In this document: positions 61,003-64,000 of the stretch, piece by piece | How the letters are laid out: each line of letters opens with the position of its first letter | Position numbering within the stretch: position 1 is the stretch's first letter | IMG/VR virus record: IMGVR_UViG_3300023171_000008 | Coordinates: 38,558-102,557 of that record | Strand: one strand, 5' to 3' | DNA from: a virus | Length of the DNA stretch: 64,000 nucleotides | Notes under the pieces: generated by a model | Databases searched by the model: none | Told to the model about the DNA's origin: nothing | Seen by the model: the letters and a program-made list of their open reading frames with translations, nothing else | Program-made: the position numbers and the translations under genes

Positions 61003-63578
61003 ATGAGTAAAGAAAAAATAGTAACAACAATAAACAATGAGGAATTACCTATTACACAATGTAGAAGATTTGAAACTCTATATTATAAAATAGGTGATAT
61101 AAATGTTGAAAATTCAGGAGAATGTTATTTTGTAAGTAATAAATATTATAGATTTGAAACAGGTCAAATAGTATGGGATTATGAAAAACAACAATATGTT
61201 TTAAAAAACGATAATTTAATTAATGGTATTGTTAAACTTAATGAAAGCGATATTCAATTAGGTTACTTTACTAAAAGTGAAGATAATATACCTACTATAA
61301 CTCCTAATGGTACATATATGTCTTTAAATGAAGAAGTGTTTAAAGATAGTAAACTTTATCGTGAAAGATTATCTAATGGTCAATATTATCATATTGATTT
61401 ATTATCAGCTAAGGAATTTAATAGACTTAAAATTACAGATCAAGGATATAAACAGTCGTTACCTTATGACTCAAAGGGAATATTAGGACAATATCTTGAG
61501 AAATATAATAAGTTAGAAGTTGAACCTGGATATTATATTAATAATTATTCTAAGTTAATTGATAACTTATCATTTGGTCTTGAATTTGAAACATCTTCAG
61601 GTTTTATACCTAATAGATTATTAAATAAAGTAGGATTAATTCCACTTAGAGATGGTAGTATAACAGGTATAGAATACGTTACTGTACCTATGCAAGGTAG
61701 TAAAGGATTACAGACAGTTATTAATGCAGTAGATCTTCTTAAAAAGAGAACTGAGTATAATGATTCATGTAGTTTACATTTGCATATTGGTAATGTGCCT
61801 AGAACTAAAGAATTTATATTAGCATTTTTTAAAGTTACATGTGCATTACAAGATGAAATATTTAATATGTTTCCAATCTATAAGAAGTATAATTTTGGTG
61901 TTAAGAATAAAAACTATTCTAGACCTTATCCTACTTATGAGTTGTTATCTCAAATGGATCCTATAATTACTAGAAATAATTTAGATAGTAATTTTGATGT
62001 ATTATTTAAATACTTATCTATGGATTTAATGAACTTAAATTCTATTGGGAATGATTTAGATAATATCGAAGGACATCCTGCAGATTTACAAGGTAATCAG
62101 AAATGGAATATTAAAACACGTTGAGTAAAAATAGCGTAGCTATAAAGTAATTTATAGTAAAAAATATTGGGTGAATTCAAAGAAAGTCTTAATAAAATTT
62201 GTTTTTGTTGTAAAAATTTATTATATTTGTATATAATAATATTTATATGAAACAAGAAAAAGAATACTTAGAAGCAAATAAAAAACAATCAGTTAATTTA
62301 GTAGATTATCCTTATAAAAAAGGAGATAAAGTAGGTAATTTTATAGTAAATTCTGATAATTATGTTTATCATCATAAAAGATATCAAGTTGAATTAACTT
62401 GTGAATGTGGTAAAATAGTTTACAGAAGATTAAATAATATACTAAAATTAAAAAATATTTGGTGTTCAAAATGTAAAGGATATAATTTATATCCAGAAAG
62501 AAGAAAGTCTAGTGCATGGTTTACTAACGGTATTCACATACTTTGGTATAACGAAATAACTAGCAACTTACATAGAGGAAACAGAATAATAGATTGTAAA
62601 ATCAATATAGAAGATCTAAAAACTTTATATGACGATCAAAAAGGAATTTGTCCATATACAGGTATTTATTTAAATGTTTTAGATTTATTAAAAAAAGAAT
62701 CTAATGCTTCTATTGATAGAACAGATTCTTCAAAAGGTTATACTATGGATAATATTAAATGGGTTTATAAGCCTTTAAATATTATGAAAAATAGATATTC
62801 ATTAGAGGAATTTTTATTTGTTTGTAAAAAAGTTACAAATTTTACAGATAACTTTGAGCCAAGCTAACTAGGGATAGTTAGAAGGTGCAACGACTAGTAC
62901 ATGGAGTCTAGAACAGACAGTAAAGTACCACGAGCGCCCAACATCCTTGCGAAGGATGATGACATAGTCTGAACTATATAGAAATATATAGAAGATAGGA
63001 TAAAGAGCCTATCGATAACAAAATTGTATTATCATAATAACTTAATTCCGTTAATCTTTTGTAATAAAGCAACTATTGAATTCAGAGTACATACTTCTAC
63101 ATTTGATGTTAATAAGATTATTCCGTTTATATTTCTTAATTCATTTTTAATTAACTATACTATTCACAATCAAGAAGAAATATTAGCTAATCCTAAATTC
63201 TTAATTAAAAAAACTTTACAACATGTTATTGGTCATTGTACTAATGTAAATGATAACATTAAAGATCTAGGCTTATTAAGAGATTGTTTAAATATGTATG
63301 TTAACGAAAGAACTGTTTTTACTAGAAGTCAAAATGCTAATGGTAAGATAATGGGTGAAGAACATTTAATACCCTCATGTAGTTCTTACATTAACTGGAA
63401 TACTAAAGATCTTAAACCTAAAGCTTATGGTTTAGACGCTGATTTACAAGCTTATATTCAGAGAACAAAAGCTCAAATGAATTATGATCCCACAGTTAAT
63501 GTTAAAAAACCTGCAATGAAAGCTAAACCACAACCTAAACAACAGAATATTAATGCTGAAGATCATTTACCATGGTAA
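61003..63578 (+). CDS. Amidoligase (COOH-NH2 ligase superfamily), spliced (61003-62121 + 63027-63578; 556 aa)
   Basis: FGLEFE, DGSI, EYVT, SCSLHLHIG; splicing restores R|YYHNN...TIEFR.H. Confidence 0.85.
62198..62229 (+). promoter_or_regulatory. Intron-internal Bacteroidota promoter
   Basis: TTTG-N20-TATATTTG upstream of the HNH ORF. Confidence 0.65.
62247..62867 (+). CDS. HNH-type homing endonuclease
   Basis: CECG/CSKC N-terminus; CPYTG, SIDRTDSSKGY..DNI.WV...N.MK. Confidence 0.85.
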   Translation: MKQEKEYLEANKKQSVNLVDYPYKKGDKVGNFIVNSDNYVYHHKRYQVELTCECGKIVYRRLNNILKLKNIWCSKCKGYNLYPERRKSSAWFTNGIHILWYNEITSNLHRGNRIIDCKINIEDLKTLYDDQKGICPYTGIYLNVLDLLKKESNASIDRTDSSKGYTMDNIKWVYKPLNIMKNRYSLEEFLFVCKKVTNFTDNFEPS

Positions 63579-64000
63579 TTAAACATAAAGTAGAAGTTCA
63601 AACATTTGAAGATGAATTAAGTTGTAATTATGAAGACTTATTAGGTGAAAGCTGGTGTAAAGTTGACGATATAAAAACTTTACTTAAAAGTGATTATATG
63701 ACTCATTTAATGCATTATATAAATCAGCGTAGATTAAAGGATACTTGTACATATCCTAAAGAGCGTAGAGATATGTTTGCTGCATTTAGAGAAATAGAAT
63801 TTGATAAAGTTAAAGTAGTCATATTTAATGACTTTCCTAATGATGGTCATACAGCTAATGGTATAGGATTTGGTGAATATAAAAAACCAACTGCTTACAA
63901 TAGTATGTTAAAGACTGTTGAAGGATTAATTAATCAAATGCCTATTAGTGAAAGAAATGAGGAATTCGATTATACATTAAGTAGTTGGTGAACAAGGTGT
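63572..64000 (+). CDS. Uracil-DNA glycosylase-like protein, apparently frameshifted near 63989 and truncated by the window end
   Basis: LGESW, YP....F.AF, VKVVIFNDFP, ANGIGFG, DYTLSSW; EQGV continues in a shifted frame. Confidence 0.7.

Larger units (their letters stand above)
62122..63026 (+). mobile_element. Group I intron with HNH endonuclease
   Basis: P1 ACGU|UG/UAGCGU with U.G; P3 UUGGGUG/CGCCCAA; P4 UCAAAG/CUUUGA; P7 GACUA/UAGUC; terminal G. Confidence 0.9.

Noticed and set aside
1-64000. Stop-codon reassignment (TAG/TGA) as in some crAss-like phages
   Set aside because: Long core genes are intact in the standard code; TAG and TGA end genes; no suppressor tRNA seen

Overview
AT-rich 64 kb segment of a lytic dsDNA phage related to crAss-like phages (phi14:2/Crassvirales-type gene set), probably infecting a Flavobacteriia/Bacteroidota host. 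It uses the standard genetic code and carries TAnnTTTG-type host promoters. Positions 1-29.2 kb (minus strand) hold the late module: lysis genes, mosaic tail fibres, tail hub/ring proteins, auxiliary and major capsid proteins, scaffold, portal, terminase, a GroEL plus GroES-like pair, PhoH and a ClpP-like protease. At the strand switch (29.2-29.8 kb) there is a promoter-to-terminator non-coding transcript. Positions 29.8-64 kb (plus strand) hold an early region of small, partly disrupted ORFs, an array of three stem-closed structured RNAs, tRNA-Leu(UAA) and a tRNA-like element. Replication genes follow (PolB, DnaB, AAA ATPase, SSB, primase), then a seven-gene phiEco32-type peptide ligation/amidation cluster (GGCT, two class I GATases, ATP-grasp, COOH-NH2 ligase, class II GATase, amidoligase). 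Both ligase genes in that cluster are split by related group I introns carrying unrelated homing endonucleases. The window ends in a UDG-like gene. All calls come from motif recognition and manual base-pairing; no searches were run.
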